Shown: positions 18,332 to 29,400 of the stretch, piece after piece
How the letters are laid out: every line of letters begins with the position of its first letter
How positions within the stretch are numbered: position 1 is the stretch's first letter
Source of the DNA: a virus
IMG/VR virus record: IMGVR_UViG_3300032293_001631
Span: 1-64,000 of that record
Reading direction: 5' to 3' (one strand)
DNA length: 64,000 nucleotides
Translations under genes and position numbers: made by a program
The notes under the pieces: model-generated
Databases searched by the model: none
What the model saw: only the letters and a program-made list of their open reading frames with translations
What the model was told of the DNA's origin: nothing

Positions 18332-18485
18332 GAAGGAAAGAAGAAAAATGGCTAAAGAAATGGGCCTACTCAGTAAAAAAAGTAACCTGGTAAACGATGA
18401 ATCTAAGGAGAGATCGAAGATCATGGGTAATTTAATAAGGCTGAGAAATCTAACTGAACAGAGAAACAGAAAAAAAGATAATTGA
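18315..18485 (+). CDS. Small basic hypothetical protein (56 aa; not in ORF track)
   Basis: Manual translation MNLPNRKERRKMAKEMGLLSKKSNLVNDESKERSKIMGNLIRLRNLTEQRNRKKDN; fills the gap between 18331 and 18493. Confidence 0.65.
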   Translation: MNLPNRKERRKMAKEMGLLSKKSNLVNDESKERSKIMGNLIRLRNLTEQRNRKKDN

Positions 18486-18492
18486 TTCTATA

Positions 18493-18816
18493 GTGGATAT
18501 AAAATCATTTATAATTTCTAAAGCTGATAAGGTTAAAACCTTTAGTACAGATTCTTGTGGAGGAATTCATGTTATAGATGTTAATATGTGGTTCAAGAAC
18601 AACAATCTTACACCATCTAACATGAATGAAATAAGGCAATACATTTTTGAAGAGTGGCTACATAAAAAAATAACAAGCTCTAAAACAAAAATGTCTAACG
18701 GATGTAGTCTTATTATAGTTTATGATAGCCCAACTGACCCTTTTATAGATCTTTTAAAACATAAAATCCTAGAAATATTAGACTATGATTTTTGTGATGT
18801 TGTTTTAGTAGACTAA
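18493..18816 (+). CDS. Hypothetical protein (107 aa, GTG start)
   Basis: ORF in a co-oriented run. Confidence 0.6.
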   Translation: MDIKSFIISKADKVKTFSTDSCGGIHVIDVNMWFKNNNLTPSNMNEIRQYIFEEWLHKKITSSKTKMSNGCSLIIVYDSPTDPFIDLLKHKILEILDYDFCDVVLVD

Positions 18817-18826
18817 ATAAAAATAG

Positions 18827-18834
18827 GGTATATA
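18827..18834 (+). promoter_or_regulatory. GGTATATA (variant late promoter element)
   Basis: 4 nt upstream of ATG 18839, at the start of the structural module. Confidence 0.45.
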
Positions 18835-18838
18835 ATGT

Positions 18839-20743
18839 ATGGCTAAGTTACAGGGAACAAGTTTAGGGATAAACAACCCATCCAACATTTCGGAGGCGGG
18901 AACTACCGTATCAGATATACAATATTATTCCACATCTGGAATATACGCTTCTAGTGCAGATAAAGCATTTGCTACTTATGAGTTATCCGAATTAAAATAT
19001 TTACCAAAGAGTCTTTTCTATGATGCTGCTACTTCGGATGGTGTTTACAGAGGACTTTTTTCATATTATGTTTTAGGCGGATCAAAGGACAGAGTTAGAT
19101 ACGATCTTTCAGAAACAAAAGATTACTTACAAAAAATTACCACTAGAGAGTCTAAAAATCCCACAGCCAAACAAATAATGGATGTAATTAACGGAGCGGG
19201 ACCTTCAGGAATACCTAGCTATTTAGATCCACAGAGTCCTTACAGAGGGCAAATTTATAATGTTAAGGATTTTATATTCTGTAAGTATTATGGTATAATT
19301 CCTAATAACAGAATGCTCACCTTAAGAAGATTTGCTTACCCCACTTTGGATTCATTGAGAGTTTTAGCTTCTGATAAAGTTGGTGACTTTTCAGTAGCAG
19401 CGGGTGCAAATAACGTTAATCAGGTATCATACAAAAATTTTGAAATAAAGGATCTTGGACGATTACAAGACGTTAAGGGTATTTACAATACTTCTCTTCC
19501 AGTAGCTCAATTAGTAACTTATTTTGGAGGGGATACCAAAAATAACTTAAATAGTATATTAGGTATAGACACAGGACTAAACTTCACATTGCAAACACAG
19601 GAGCCAGTAAAAACAGAAAATACCGGAGATCCTGGTTTAATGAATACTCCTTATGGTGATTTAATTAAAGCTGCAATTACTAGTGGAGATAACCAAATAT
19701 CAGAAACTGATCTGGAGTCTCTTGATAAATTAGCTGCAACACTGATAAGTCCAGAGAAACAAATCAATATCCTACAAAGATCTCTATTAGATGCTGCAGT
19801 TAGTGCTGAAGGTCCATTATCTAAGAAGATATTCGTTAACGTCAATACAGTGAACCAAGTAAATACTAGGGCACAGGGATTTAATGGTGGAACTAATTCA
19901 TTCACTTTAAACTTTGATTTTACATTAAATTCTGCAGGACAGGTAAACTCTAAGCTTCTTTTCCTGGATTTAATGACTAATGTTTTCTCTGTTGCGACTG
20001 ACTATGGACAATTTTTAACTCCAGAGATAAGGATACAGCAGACTAACTTAGGTCTAGGATTCCCAGGAGGTCCTGGTAAATACGCAATGTCGATAACTGA
20101 TCCTATAAACTATGTAAGGGACGTAGTTAGTAGGATGCTTTCTAAAAGTGAGGTTGATAGACAATTAAATGCGGAGAAGAGTCTTACTGAAGAAATGTCT
20201 CAGCTAGCTAATGAAATGAAGGAGTTTGTGTATAATCCTGATCAGGGGCTAACACCGGATAAGAAACTTTATAAGTCGATAGCAGTTATGATCTCTGATG
20301 CCTTTCTTAAGAAGGTTTATTTTAGCCCGATAATGCTAAGTGGATATCCTACTGGAGATTGGCATTTAACCATAGGAAATCCTTTAAATCCTATTGCAAT
20401 GATGGGAAACCTAGTTTGTAAAAATGTTAAAATCGGCTTTAATGATGAATTAGGTCCCGATGATTTCCCTACTGAAATGAACGTTCAGATAACATTAGAA
20501 CCTGGAAGACAGAGACATAGAGGGGATTGGGAATCTATGTTTAACAGAGGTAACGGAAGATTATATCTAGGTCAGCTTGTTAAAAGCCAAGAAAGTACAA
20601 ATGCTTGGGTTAACGTTTCGACTGGTCAATTTGTTAATCAAACAGATGGTCAAGATATTTACGACATTACTAGAAATAATATAGATCCTCTAACTGGAAC
20701 AGAAACGAATGCTACAATAGGAGAATCCCAACAGGGTAATTAA
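18839..20743 (+). CDS. Putative virion structural protein (baseplate/tail-tube junction-like)
   Basis: 634 aa; C-terminal GDWHLTIGNP...NLVCKNVKI.F...DDFPTEMNVQITLE resembles tube-initiator folds; directly precedes LysM/gp53-like and hub genes. Confidence 0.5.
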   Translation: MAKLQGTSLGINNPSNISEAGTTVSDIQYYSTSGIYASSADKAFATYELSELKYLPKSLFYDAATSDGVYRGLFSYYVLGGSKDRVRYDLSETKDYLQKITTRESKNPTAKQIMDVINGAGPSGIPSYLDPQSPYRGQIYNVKDFIFCKYYGIIPNNRMLTLRRFAYPTLDSLRVLASDKVGDFSVAAGANNVNQVSYKNFEIKDLGRLQDVKGIYNTSLPVAQLVTYFGGDTKNNLNSILGIDTGLNFTLQTQEPVKTENTGDPGLMNTPYGDLIKAAITSGDNQISETDLESLDKLAATLISPEKQINILQRSLLDAAVSAEGPLSKKIFVNVNTVNQVNTRAQGFNGGTNSFTLNFDFTLNSAGQVNSKLLFLDLMTNVFSVATDYGQFLTPEIRIQQTNLGLGFPGGPGKYAMSITDPINYVRDVVSRMLSKSEVDRQLNAEKSLTEEMSQLANEMKEFVYNPDQGLTPDKKLYKSIAVMISDAFLKKVYFSPIMLSGYPTGDWHLTIGNPLNPIAMMGNLVCKNVKIGFNDELGPDDFPTEMNVQITLEPGRQRHRGDWESMFNRGNGRLYLGQLVKSQESTNAWVNVSTGQFVNQTDGQDIYDITRNNIDPLTGTETNATIGESQQGN

Positions 20744-20756
20744 TATAAGATAAGTT

Positions 20757-21362
20757 ATGCTTACAATAGACGTAATAGAAGGTAAACCATTTTTCACTAA
20801 TCCGCAAACGAGCGAGAGATATCTTGATTTGCTTACCCCATCGTGGAATACTAGAACTCTGAGATATACCTTAAAAACTATTGGTATTGTAACAGAGGAG
20901 ACTGAAATGCGTGCTGATCTGGTTTCTTTTACTTATTTAAACGAGACATCTAGACTCGGGACAATGCTAAAGTTAAATAATATATCTAATCCGCTTAGTT
21001 TGAAATCAGGAGAAGTTCTTTTTATTCCTGGAGATGATATGGTAAGTGAACTTTTTAGAAGCGGGGAGGCTGCTAATAATCAAAAGCAGAAAGCAAGATC
21101 GTTTAGAAAAGAGCTACAAGAAAAAATATCCCAAGTTAGTAAAGAAAGATTGGAGTATTTAAATTCCAAGAATATCTCAAACATAGCGGATACCCCGCTT
21201 CCTCCCAATTTGCTAAGGGAAGGAGAACAGCAGATATTAGTAACAGAGGGAAGATTGATATTCGGTCCTGATATAGGACAATGTAGAACAAGAACGAAAA
21301 AGAATGTATCCGTTACTGATGTTAAAACTAAACTAGCACAGAAAAACATATTCAGAAGATAA
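20757..21362 (+). CDS. Baseplate wedge gp53-like / LysM-type protein
   Basis: RADLVSFTYL...MLKLNNISNPLSLKSGEVLFIP LysM-like signature; synteny. Confidence 0.7.
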   Translation: MLTIDVIEGKPFFTNPQTSERYLDLLTPSWNTRTLRYTLKTIGIVTEETEMRADLVSFTYLNETSRLGTMLKLNNISNPLSLKSGEVLFIPGDDMVSELFRSGEAANNQKQKARSFRKELQEKISQVSKERLEYLNSKNISNIADTPLPPNLLREGEQQILVTEGRLIFGPDIGQCRTRTKKNVSVTDVKTKLAQKNIFRR

Positions 21363-21364
21363 TT

Positions 21365-22981
21365 ATGGCTGTACAGGTAAACGTAAGAAAAACTATATTA
21401 CAGTATAGAGATCCGGATATATTTCTAGATGAATTGTCTGTAGTTGATACATCTTCACAAAAAGGAGATACTAAACTAAACGACGAGAAAAATGACAACA
21501 TTCAGAAAAAATATTTCGGAACTAGTAAACCTTTAATAAGAATAAATTCCCAGATTATTGAGGGATTATCTTACTTTAAAATGGATATGACTGGGTTCAA
21601 GCCAACAGTTATATTTAGATTTGAAACTATAGATGAAAGATTTATATCTACTGCATTTCCAAAAGATGGCGATATTGTTTCAGTTTACATAAGACCCTTC
21701 GGTGAGATATTTAAACCGATAAGGATGGATTTTATAATAAACGAGGTTATATCACCATTCTCAAATGGTCCTTATAATGACTATGCGCCTTCTACTGGTA
21801 GATTTCAAAGCTATACTGTTTTAGGAGAGGTTAGGATACCTAAACTATACAAGGATATATGCAAAGTGTTTAAAGGTAATAGCTCAGATGCTTTACTTAA
21901 GATAGCAGAGGATCTTAATTTAGGATATGCTTCTAACGAAACGAAGACTAATGATTCAATGAACTGGATATCCCCAAATATTGATTACAATACATTGATT
22001 AAGCATATTGTTAATGGATCTTGGTTAGGTGAGGAGGATTATTTCGATTGCTGGATAGATCAGTATTATAACTTAAATTTTATAAACTTAAAGAAGCAAT
22101 TTGATGACGTAAATCCTAGTATCGAGACAATGAGAATGGCTTACGGAGCGGATAGCTTTGGTGCGGTATTTCCAGGAGGAACTGAAACAGCTGAAGTTGA
22201 GTTCCCTTTGTTGTTAACCAACTCTACCCAATTTAGTAAATCCCCTCTTTTTATAAAAGATCTTTCGGTAGAGCAAAATGCTGGTTCTATAAATAACGAT
22301 CTTGGTTATTTTCAAAAGGTACAATTTTACGACAGTAAGCTCGTTTCTGATAAACCTAAAAATAAATTCGTTGAGTATAATATAGAATCAGTTACGAACA
22401 AGAATCTAGGATCAAGAGATAATATAAACAAGGGAAGACTTGGTGAGGATTTATATAAAGAGGAAATTAAAAAGACTTATGTTGGTACTCTATATTTTGA
22501 AAATGTTCATGAAAATTTCCAACAGGCATCTATACAGAACATCATTAATAGAAACGATAGTTATAAGATAATCCTTAAAGTTAAAAATAATTCATGGACA
22601 CCTTTCCTTTATAGAGGACAGACATTTCCTGTAATAATTGTTTCAGAGGGTAGTCAGACAGCTAGCGCATCTTCTAAATACAGTCCAGGTGGAGGACAAA
22701 AATCTTCATTAGCAAATTCCGGTGATAAGAGAAATATAAATGCTTTTCTTTCGGGTAATTATGTTGTTTTAGGATTTACCGTGGAATATGATACTAGTGG
22801 GATATATCAAACAATGGTACTTGGAAAAAAACAATGGGCAATGAACCCTGGATTATCATCAGAACCTCAAGCTCTAGATCCTAAGATCTTTAATGCTGAG
22901 TTCGATGATCTTGTTAGTAATGCTTCCACTATTTTACAAGAAAACACACAGAAGCTTAAGAGTGACATATACTCTAAATAA
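21365..22981 (+). CDS. Putative baseplate hub protein (gp27-like)
   Basis: Position between gp53-like and gp5-like genes; FKGNSSDALLKIAEDLNLG...WIDQYYNLNF...SGNYVVLGFTVEY hub-like pattern. Confidence 0.55.
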   Translation: MAVQVNVRKTILQYRDPDIFLDELSVVDTSSQKGDTKLNDEKNDNIQKKYFGTSKPLIRINSQIIEGLSYFKMDMTGFKPTVIFRFETIDERFISTAFPKDGDIVSVYIRPFGEIFKPIRMDFIINEVISPFSNGPYNDYAPSTGRFQSYTVLGEVRIPKLYKDICKVFKGNSSDALLKIAEDLNLGYASNETKTNDSMNWISPNIDYNTLIKHIVNGSWLGEEDYFDCWIDQYYNLNFINLKKQFDDVNPSIETMRMAYGADSFGAVFPGGTETAEVEFPLLLTNSTQFSKSPLFIKDLSVEQNAGSINNDLGYFQKVQFYDSKLVSDKPKNKFVEYNIESVTNKNLGSRDNINKGRLGEDLYKEEIKKTYVGTLYFENVHENFQQASIQNIINRNDSYKIILKVKNNSWTPFLYRGQTFPVIIVSEGSQTASASSKYSPGGGQKSSLANSGDKRNINAFLSGNYVVLGFTVEYDTSGIYQTMVLGKKQWAMNPGLSSEPQALDPKIFNAEFDDLVSNASTILQENTQKLKSDIYSK

Positions 22982-22990
22982 TTATTAGAA

Positions 22991-25555
22991 ATGGCAGATT
23001 ATTTTTCAGGGTTTGGAAGTTCTTTAGGAGATAAGGTTTTACCTACCGGTGATGCTTTAAAAAGAAAGGTAGACGGCCAGAGAGAAAATTGGTTAAGAGG
23101 AATATCCACAACTAAACACGGGAAAAAAGAAGATCCCACGTATTTACACTTCAGATTTATATTTGATTTTGGTGATACTTCACTAATAGACCCAGAAACA
23201 TTTTTACCACCATCTCCGCTTTTTAGAGCAGTATCTTCTGATAATCCTTTAGCAGAAGCTCAGTCTCTTAATAATCTGGATCCTAATGCACCTACACCTT
23301 CACAGATTATAGATGCTGCTCAAAGGGCTCAAGCTGGTAACTTTTACACCGACATGGATTTTTTCTACGGTAGTAAAATGGTAATAGACTCGAGGGTGCA
23401 AAACGGGGTTTTCCCTGTTAACGGACCTGTTGCATATATGGGAGCTCAGCAATTTTTAGCACAGAGATCTGTAAAAAGACAGCAGATGCTTAATTCTTTT
23501 AGGAAGGGGTTAAAATTTATAAATGAGAAATGTCCTTATTATTTTCAATCTCTTTCGGGGCTAGACCAATTATTAAAAGTAGACATTAAGAATTTCCATA
23601 AAGTAGCAGGAAAACCACAAAGAGCAGGGACACTAACAGTAGAGTGTCTAGAATCTATAGACATGAGAATTTTTGCTTTGTCTGATCTTTATAGAAAAGC
23701 AATATACGACTATACTTACCATAGAACAATGCTTCCTGAAAACCTTAGGAAGTTTAGGATGTGGGTAGTTATAACTGAGATAAGGAATATACAGTTAACC
23801 TATGGTATTAATGACGTTTTAAACCCTTTCTCTATTCCTTCAGTTGCTCAGGGAGCTAATTTCTTAGATAGTTTTAATAGTCAAACTGGACTATTAGACA
23901 ACACGGAAGGAATTTTACAAAAAACAACAGGAAGAGACGAGGATAAATTCGGATCCTATGAGTTAGGTCCATACGCTTTTATTTACCAACTAGATCAGTG
24001 TGAATTTGATTTCGACGATTCTTACCCATCTTTTTCTACCATAGATAATAAAGGGTTAAGTACACCAGTTAGCAACAAGTTTAAGATACATGTTGGTAGA
24101 GTAAGAGATCACAAGATACAATTTAATCAAATAGCGGACGTTATACAGAAAAACGATAATATAAAATCCATGGTTCTTTCCGATATCTGGGGTCCTAGAA
24201 CTGGCGATTATGCTGATTATGATTATTTTGGATCTGCTGGTATTGCTGAAGCTAATGCTACAGGAGCTAGTCAGTCTGCTGAATACTTTGCACAACTTGC
24301 TTCTAATTTTATAACTAATAGCGTTGCAGATCTTAAAGATCAAGGTGTTCAGATATTACAAGGTGCTCTTCTTGGGAATATCTATGGATTAGGAGGTATT
24401 AATCCTGGTACAGCATTAAGAAGTGTTCAATCTACAATTAACACTGTAAATAATTTTGTAAATAACGGAGTTCCAAATCCATTTGCAGACAACACTCCTC
24501 AAGGACAGGGATTAGGAGGTCCGGGGCAAAGACAGTATCCTTCTCTTAATGAAGATGCTTATACCGGAGTTCCGTCCAGCACACAGGAAAATTTAGGAAC
24601 TGCTTATAGCGGAACACCAGGTAATCCTGGTTCTTTAAATGAGGATGTATATTCAACTAACCCTGGAACATCACTAGGATTACCCGACAGGGAATATCCT
24701 ATACCAGGAGGGGATGAATATGCCAATGTTCCTGGATCCGATTCAGGAGTCCCTGGTAGGGTTTATCCATCGGTAGACGAGGATTTATATAACAATAATC
24801 CGGGGAGTGATCTTGGATTACCTGATAGACAATATCCTATAGTCGGAGGAGAGGATGAATACGATAATGTTCCTGGATCTGATTTAGGCGTGCCTAATAG
24901 GGTTTATCCAACAACGAGTGATGATATCTATAGCGGTAATCCTGGAGCTGAATTAGGTTTACCCGATAGACAGTATCCTCCTATATCTGAGGATCAATAT
25001 CCAGATCAACCGCAGATAGAGACGAACAACATTGGCTCGATCTATCCCGATTTGAGTAACGAGTATGATTCAATTAACACTAGGGAGTATGAGGACTCAA
25101 TTAAGGTTACAACTGATAATATAGGAGACGTCTATGAGGATAGAAATAACTTGTATACTGAGATAAATGAGACTGTATATAATAATACCTCATCCTTAGT
25201 GATTAATGAGCCTATAGGCGATGTTTACGAGGATAACAGTAACAGATATCCGCAGGTTAATGATAGTGTTTATGACACGGTAAACCCACCTAATAGTGAT
25301 TTCCTAGGAGAAGTTTATGAGAGATCAAAAAATACATATCCGCAGGTAAATGATGACCTATATCCTAATCAAAGATCAGTAAGCGGTAATATAAATGATG
25401 ATGTATATAAAAGAGTACCTGGATCGGATCTAGGAACACCTGGAAGAAATTACGAAGGAAATAATTCTAATGAATATTCTAAAATACCTCAGCAAATTAA
25501 TGTAAATAATATAGGAAGAGTTTATCCTAATAAACAAAATGAAAACAATCTGTAG
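22991..25555 (+). CDS. Virion structural protein: N-terminal tube-like domain plus C-terminal acidic Pro/Tyr repeats
   Basis: 854 aa in the baseplate module; LTVECLESIDMRI..L.DLYRK..YD resembles tail-tube-type folds; repeats in the last ~340 aa. Confidence 0.55.
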   Translation: MADYFSGFGSSLGDKVLPTGDALKRKVDGQRENWLRGISTTKHGKKEDPTYLHFRFIFDFGDTSLIDPETFLPPSPLFRAVSSDNPLAEAQSLNNLDPNAPTPSQIIDAAQRAQAGNFYTDMDFFYGSKMVIDSRVQNGVFPVNGPVAYMGAQQFLAQRSVKRQQMLNSFRKGLKFINEKCPYYFQSLSGLDQLLKVDIKNFHKVAGKPQRAGTLTVECLESIDMRIFALSDLYRKAIYDYTYHRTMLPENLRKFRMWVVITEIRNIQLTYGINDVLNPFSIPSVAQGANFLDSFNSQTGLLDNTEGILQKTTGRDEDKFGSYELGPYAFIYQLDQCEFDFDDSYPSFSTIDNKGLSTPVSNKFKIHVGRVRDHKIQFNQIADVIQKNDNIKSMVLSDIWGPRTGDYADYDYFGSAGIAEANATGASQSAEYFAQLASNFITNSVADLKDQGVQILQGALLGNIYGLGGINPGTALRSVQSTINTVNNFVNNGVPNPFADNTPQGQGLGGPGQRQYPSLNEDAYTGVPSSTQENLGTAYSGTPGNPGSLNEDVYSTNPGTSLGLPDREYPIPGGDEYANVPGSDSGVPGRVYPSVDEDLYNNNPGSDLGLPDRQYPIVGGEDEYDNVPGSDLGVPNRVYPTTSDDIYSGNPGAELGLPDRQYPPISEDQYPDQPQIETNNIGSIYPDLSNEYDSINTREYEDSIKVTTDNIGDVYEDRNNLYTEINETVYNNTSSLVINEPIGDVYEDNSNRYPQVNDSVYDTVNPPNSDFLGEVYERSKNTYPQVNDDLYPNQRSVSGNINDDVYKRVPGSDLGTPGRNYEGNNSNEYSKIPQQINVNNIGRVYPNKQNENNL
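24500..25535 (+). repeat. Degenerate ~22-aa protein repeats (NPGSDLGLPDRQYP / NVPGSDLGVPxRVYP, then IGDVYE..YP.VND.VY)
   Basis: Visible in the translation; alternating A/B units that decay toward the C-terminus. Confidence 0.85.
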
Positions 25556-25574
25556 TATTTGTATATAATTTAAA

Positions 25575-26489
25575 ATGGGATTAGTAGACAGAAATAAATT
25601 AGAAAAGCCTAATATAGAGATATCTCACTATTTGGGTGTTGTTGTAGACAATAAAGATCCAGAGTTTAAATGTAGGGCTAAGATAAGAGTTTTTGGAGTT
25701 TTTGATGAACTACTCGACGAGGATCTTCCTTGGGCACATCAAAGATTCGAGCAGAGCTATGGATTAGGAGGAGGATCCGGGAGAATGTCTGTTCCTAAAC
25801 TTGGTTCTGTTGTTCATGTGCAATTTAACAATGGTAACTATTATAGTCCTGAGTATAAGGCAGTCCAGGAATTGGCACCCGACTTGGTTGAAGAGATAAG
25901 AGCTAGTTATGATGGATCACATTCTTTGATATACGATGGTATAGAAAGATTGAAAATGTATTATACTGTAGAGAAGGGATTAGTTATTGATCTTAAAGAA
26001 TCAAAAATCATAATACGAAACGACAACTCTATACTTATAACACATGCTGATGATACTGCTTCAATAGAATTAAAAGGTGGAAAGATAACAAAGTATGCTG
26101 ACCAGGAGATAGAAAATACTGCTATAACTAGGATCAAGCACAGTTCAGAAGAAGTTTGGATGGATGGTAAAACAACGAATCTAGGACACTCTCCGCTTTT
26201 TTCTGCTGTTTGTGCAGAGCCTTTATTTGATTTTCTAAAAAAATTAGCTATATCAGTCGATGCTAAAATGCCAGCAACACCTGGTGTTAATTCGACATTA
26301 GCTTCTAGTTTTGAGCAATTAGCAACAAGTCAAACCGTTAGGGTAACTAGGGAAAATGCTCCAGACTTTCCAGTAGTCCCTGCTACTGCTGATTCCCCTG
26401 TTGGTATACCTAATACTGGTACATCAGGAACTTCTGGTACATCAGGTACGTCTGGAACATCAGGAACTAGCGGAATAACAGCAGTCTAA
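25575..26489 (+). CDS. Baseplate central spike, gp5/gpV-like (OB-fold), no lysozyme domain
   Basis: YLGVVVDNKDP...RAKIRVFG...LPWA...VPKLGSVVHVQF..G...P gp5 OB-fold signature; TGTATATA at 25560-25567 upstream. Confidence 0.85.
   Translation: MGLVDRNKLEKPNIEISHYLGVVVDNKDPEFKCRAKIRVFGVFDELLDEDLPWAHQRFEQSYGLGGGSGRMSVPKLGSVVHVQFNNGNYYSPEYKAVQELAPDLVEEIRASYDGSHSLIYDGIERLKMYYTVEKGLVIDLKESKIIIRNDNSILITHADDTASIELKGGKITKYADQEIENTAITRIKHSSEEVWMDGKTTNLGHSPLFSAVCAEPLFDFLKKLAISVDAKMPATPGVNSTLASSFEQLATSQTVRVTRENAPDFPVVPATADSPVGIPNTGTSGTSGTSGTSGTSGTSGITAV
26418..26474 (+). repeat. (Gly-Thr-Ser)6-Gly C-terminal tail of the spike protein
   Basis: Codons vary synonymously between units (ggt/gga, aca/act/acg, tca/tct/agc). 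Confidence 0.9.
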
Positions 26490-26490
26490 T

Positions 26491-29400
26491 ATGGAAAGTA
26501 TAGAATCTAGAATAGACAGCTTACTCGGTAAGGATTTTGCTAATATGTCTGCTGACGAGATATTAAATACGATATCTGGCGGACAGAATTTTAATATACC
26601 TTACGAGGATCTTCAGTCTAAAGAGGGATTCGAGAAAGAGTTAAATAAAACTCAAAAAGAAGTAGACGGAGTAATAAAGAGCTTAAATCCTCAAAAACCC
26701 CCTATACCACTAAAGGATATTGAAGATTTAGCTTGTAACTATGAGGGAGATGATCTATACAGTAGAATAATATTAGAAACTATAAGGAGAGATGATAAGA
26801 AATTATATGCTAATCTTATAAATTCCGCTGAATATAAAAATAATTTACCAATATCCGAGACGGATCTTGGTGTTGAAGTAAAAGGGGTAGATCTAGGATT
26901 TTCTAAAAAAATACCATCTGAGGGAATAACAAAATACCTTAAAAGAAAAAATCCTGGATTTTTAGAAAAAATAAACGAAAAAATATTCGATAACCTAGAC
27001 CCTCTGATTTTAGGAAAGCCTTCAAATTCTGGATCTAGAAAAAAAAGAAAACTAAATATACTAGGATTTGAGATACCACTTGAATTCATAATGAACGGTA
27101 CACAAATAGTACACGTAAAAATAGGAGGCGATGAAATAAATTTAGATCGTGCATTAGAAAAAATAAACGGTCTCTTAAAAAAACAGAATGAGAATTCTAA
27201 GCCTTGTGATTTTGATGGTATAGATGTAAATACATCATCTGAAAGAATAGATGGCTTCGATGCTAATTTTTTTCCTGATGGAGACGATCCTATAGTTGAT
27301 GACGAGTGTTTACCTGGTATTCCAGAAGATCCTATAACAGGAGATCCTATATTAACCAAGGGAAATTTTGATGAATCGTTAGAAGATTTCTGTGATCCGC
27401 CTATTTATGAATTTAAAAGAGATGAGGTACCAGATCCTGAACCACCTCAAGTTGATGTTGATTCAATAGATGCTTGTCTATCTTCTGCACTTGACAAAAG
27501 CAAAAAACTGGAAGATGATATTAAACTTCTAGCTAGATGGCAAATGATAGAGATGAGTCTACAAGAAATACTTTATCATTATGAGCCAATATATGAATAT
27601 CAAAAATCTTTATCTGAAAATTGGAGGGATAGAATCACAGTAAACAGCGGAGGCGATCCTTCAAATTTTGATATAGGTATTCAGATATTGACATATAGAG
27701 ATGAGATAGAAAGATATAACCAGGAGCTTACTGACCAGGAGGAAAAATATAATAATGATAAGGACCTATTTCTAAAAGAGAATGAAATATTTACCGAGGA
27801 TCTTTTTCTTTTAAATGTTTATGATACAGAACTAAGTTCTATTGGGGTTGAAGAATTATTTAACAACCAGATAAATGCTAATAAATCTCCTATAACTTAT
27901 GAAAGCTCTACAGATTCATGGCCTATAGCGGAGGGTGTTTCTAAATTTTTATCTAATGCTGAGAGTATTAGAGATATTATGATAGAAAAGAATTTTATAG
28001 GTATAATAGAAACTAAAATAAGTGATACACAGGCTTTATTAGATGCTTCGATACAGACTCTATCTGAAAGGTTACAAAAACAAGTCACAGTTAGCGACGT
28101 TGAAAAATCTTTTATCCCATCTAGTACTACTACATCGGATCTCTATGGACAGGGTAATGAGTCTTTAGAGATAAATGCTAGAGTTTTTAAAAGCCCCGCG
28201 CAACTTCTCTTAACTACTTCTTCATACACATATGATTCATATGGATATGATTTTTTAGAAGCTCTTAAGGAATTTTCAGTTAGATATACAACAAACTTTA
28301 ATAAGTCACTGAGCGAGTTAGAATTTAAGTTATCCTTGGCTACGGACTACGGATTCCCTTTACCTTACAAGAAAGTAAAGAAACCATCCAAGATAACATT
28401 TACTGGAAAAAGCACTGGTCCTTTGGGAGATGTTAATATACCAGACGAGGAAAAGATAAAAATAGGAAACGAATATGCAAATAACGGAGGACTTTTAAGT
28501 GATGAATCCGCGGACTATTTAGAATCTTACCAGTTTATAAAAATAGATAACATAAGAACTGGATTTCCCGATGTAGCTAAATTTTATGATTTTATAGATA
28601 AGATAGTAAATACAAACAGATCTAAAGAAAACATAATAGAAGACATAGTAGAAGATAGAGGAATACTATACGGTCAGCTCATAGAGAAATCTGCTTCGCC
28701 ATGGCTTTTCTTTACTCCTGAAGAAAGGGGAGACAACGATGCTAGAGATCCTTCTAAAAGCAGGCCATCTAGTTTTACAGCGGACGGGGAACCAACTCCG
28801 GTATTTACTGAATTTTATAGCAACTTTAAAACTAAATGGAACGAGAAGTACATTTTAAATAAAGAGACTTATATTAATCCAGCCATAGAGGATTTAAAAG
28901 AAAAAGCTAGAAAGGCTGGTGAAGGATTAGGAAAAACACTACCCACCTCGGATGTTATCGGTATAAGAATATTTGAAAATTATACTGACGTAAAAAAGAA
29001 ATACGACCAGATAAAAGAAACTATCTTGCTCGCATCTCAGAAGATCAACGAGCTTAATGAATCTCTAAAACCAGAAAACGTAGAGAAAAGATTTAGTGAT
29101 ATTAAATGCGCTGGTGCCCAATCTCCTCCAGACGAGGACGATAAAGAAAATTGTCCTCCCGTTTGTTGTGGAGAGCCTGGATCTGATTTTAAAACCGGTA
29201 ACTATCTGCTTTCTTCTCCACCGAGTTCAGATTGTCCGACTATGTTTCAAAGATGCTGGTGGAAGCAATTTTCTAAAGACCTCACTAAAGTTGGGTTGCT
29301 ACCATATCCAAATGGACTCCCACCAATTGAGGATCCTAAGTATTTTTTAACACCTGGACCTTCGGTTAGGTTGGGATTAAAATATTGGCCGGTGGGATAT

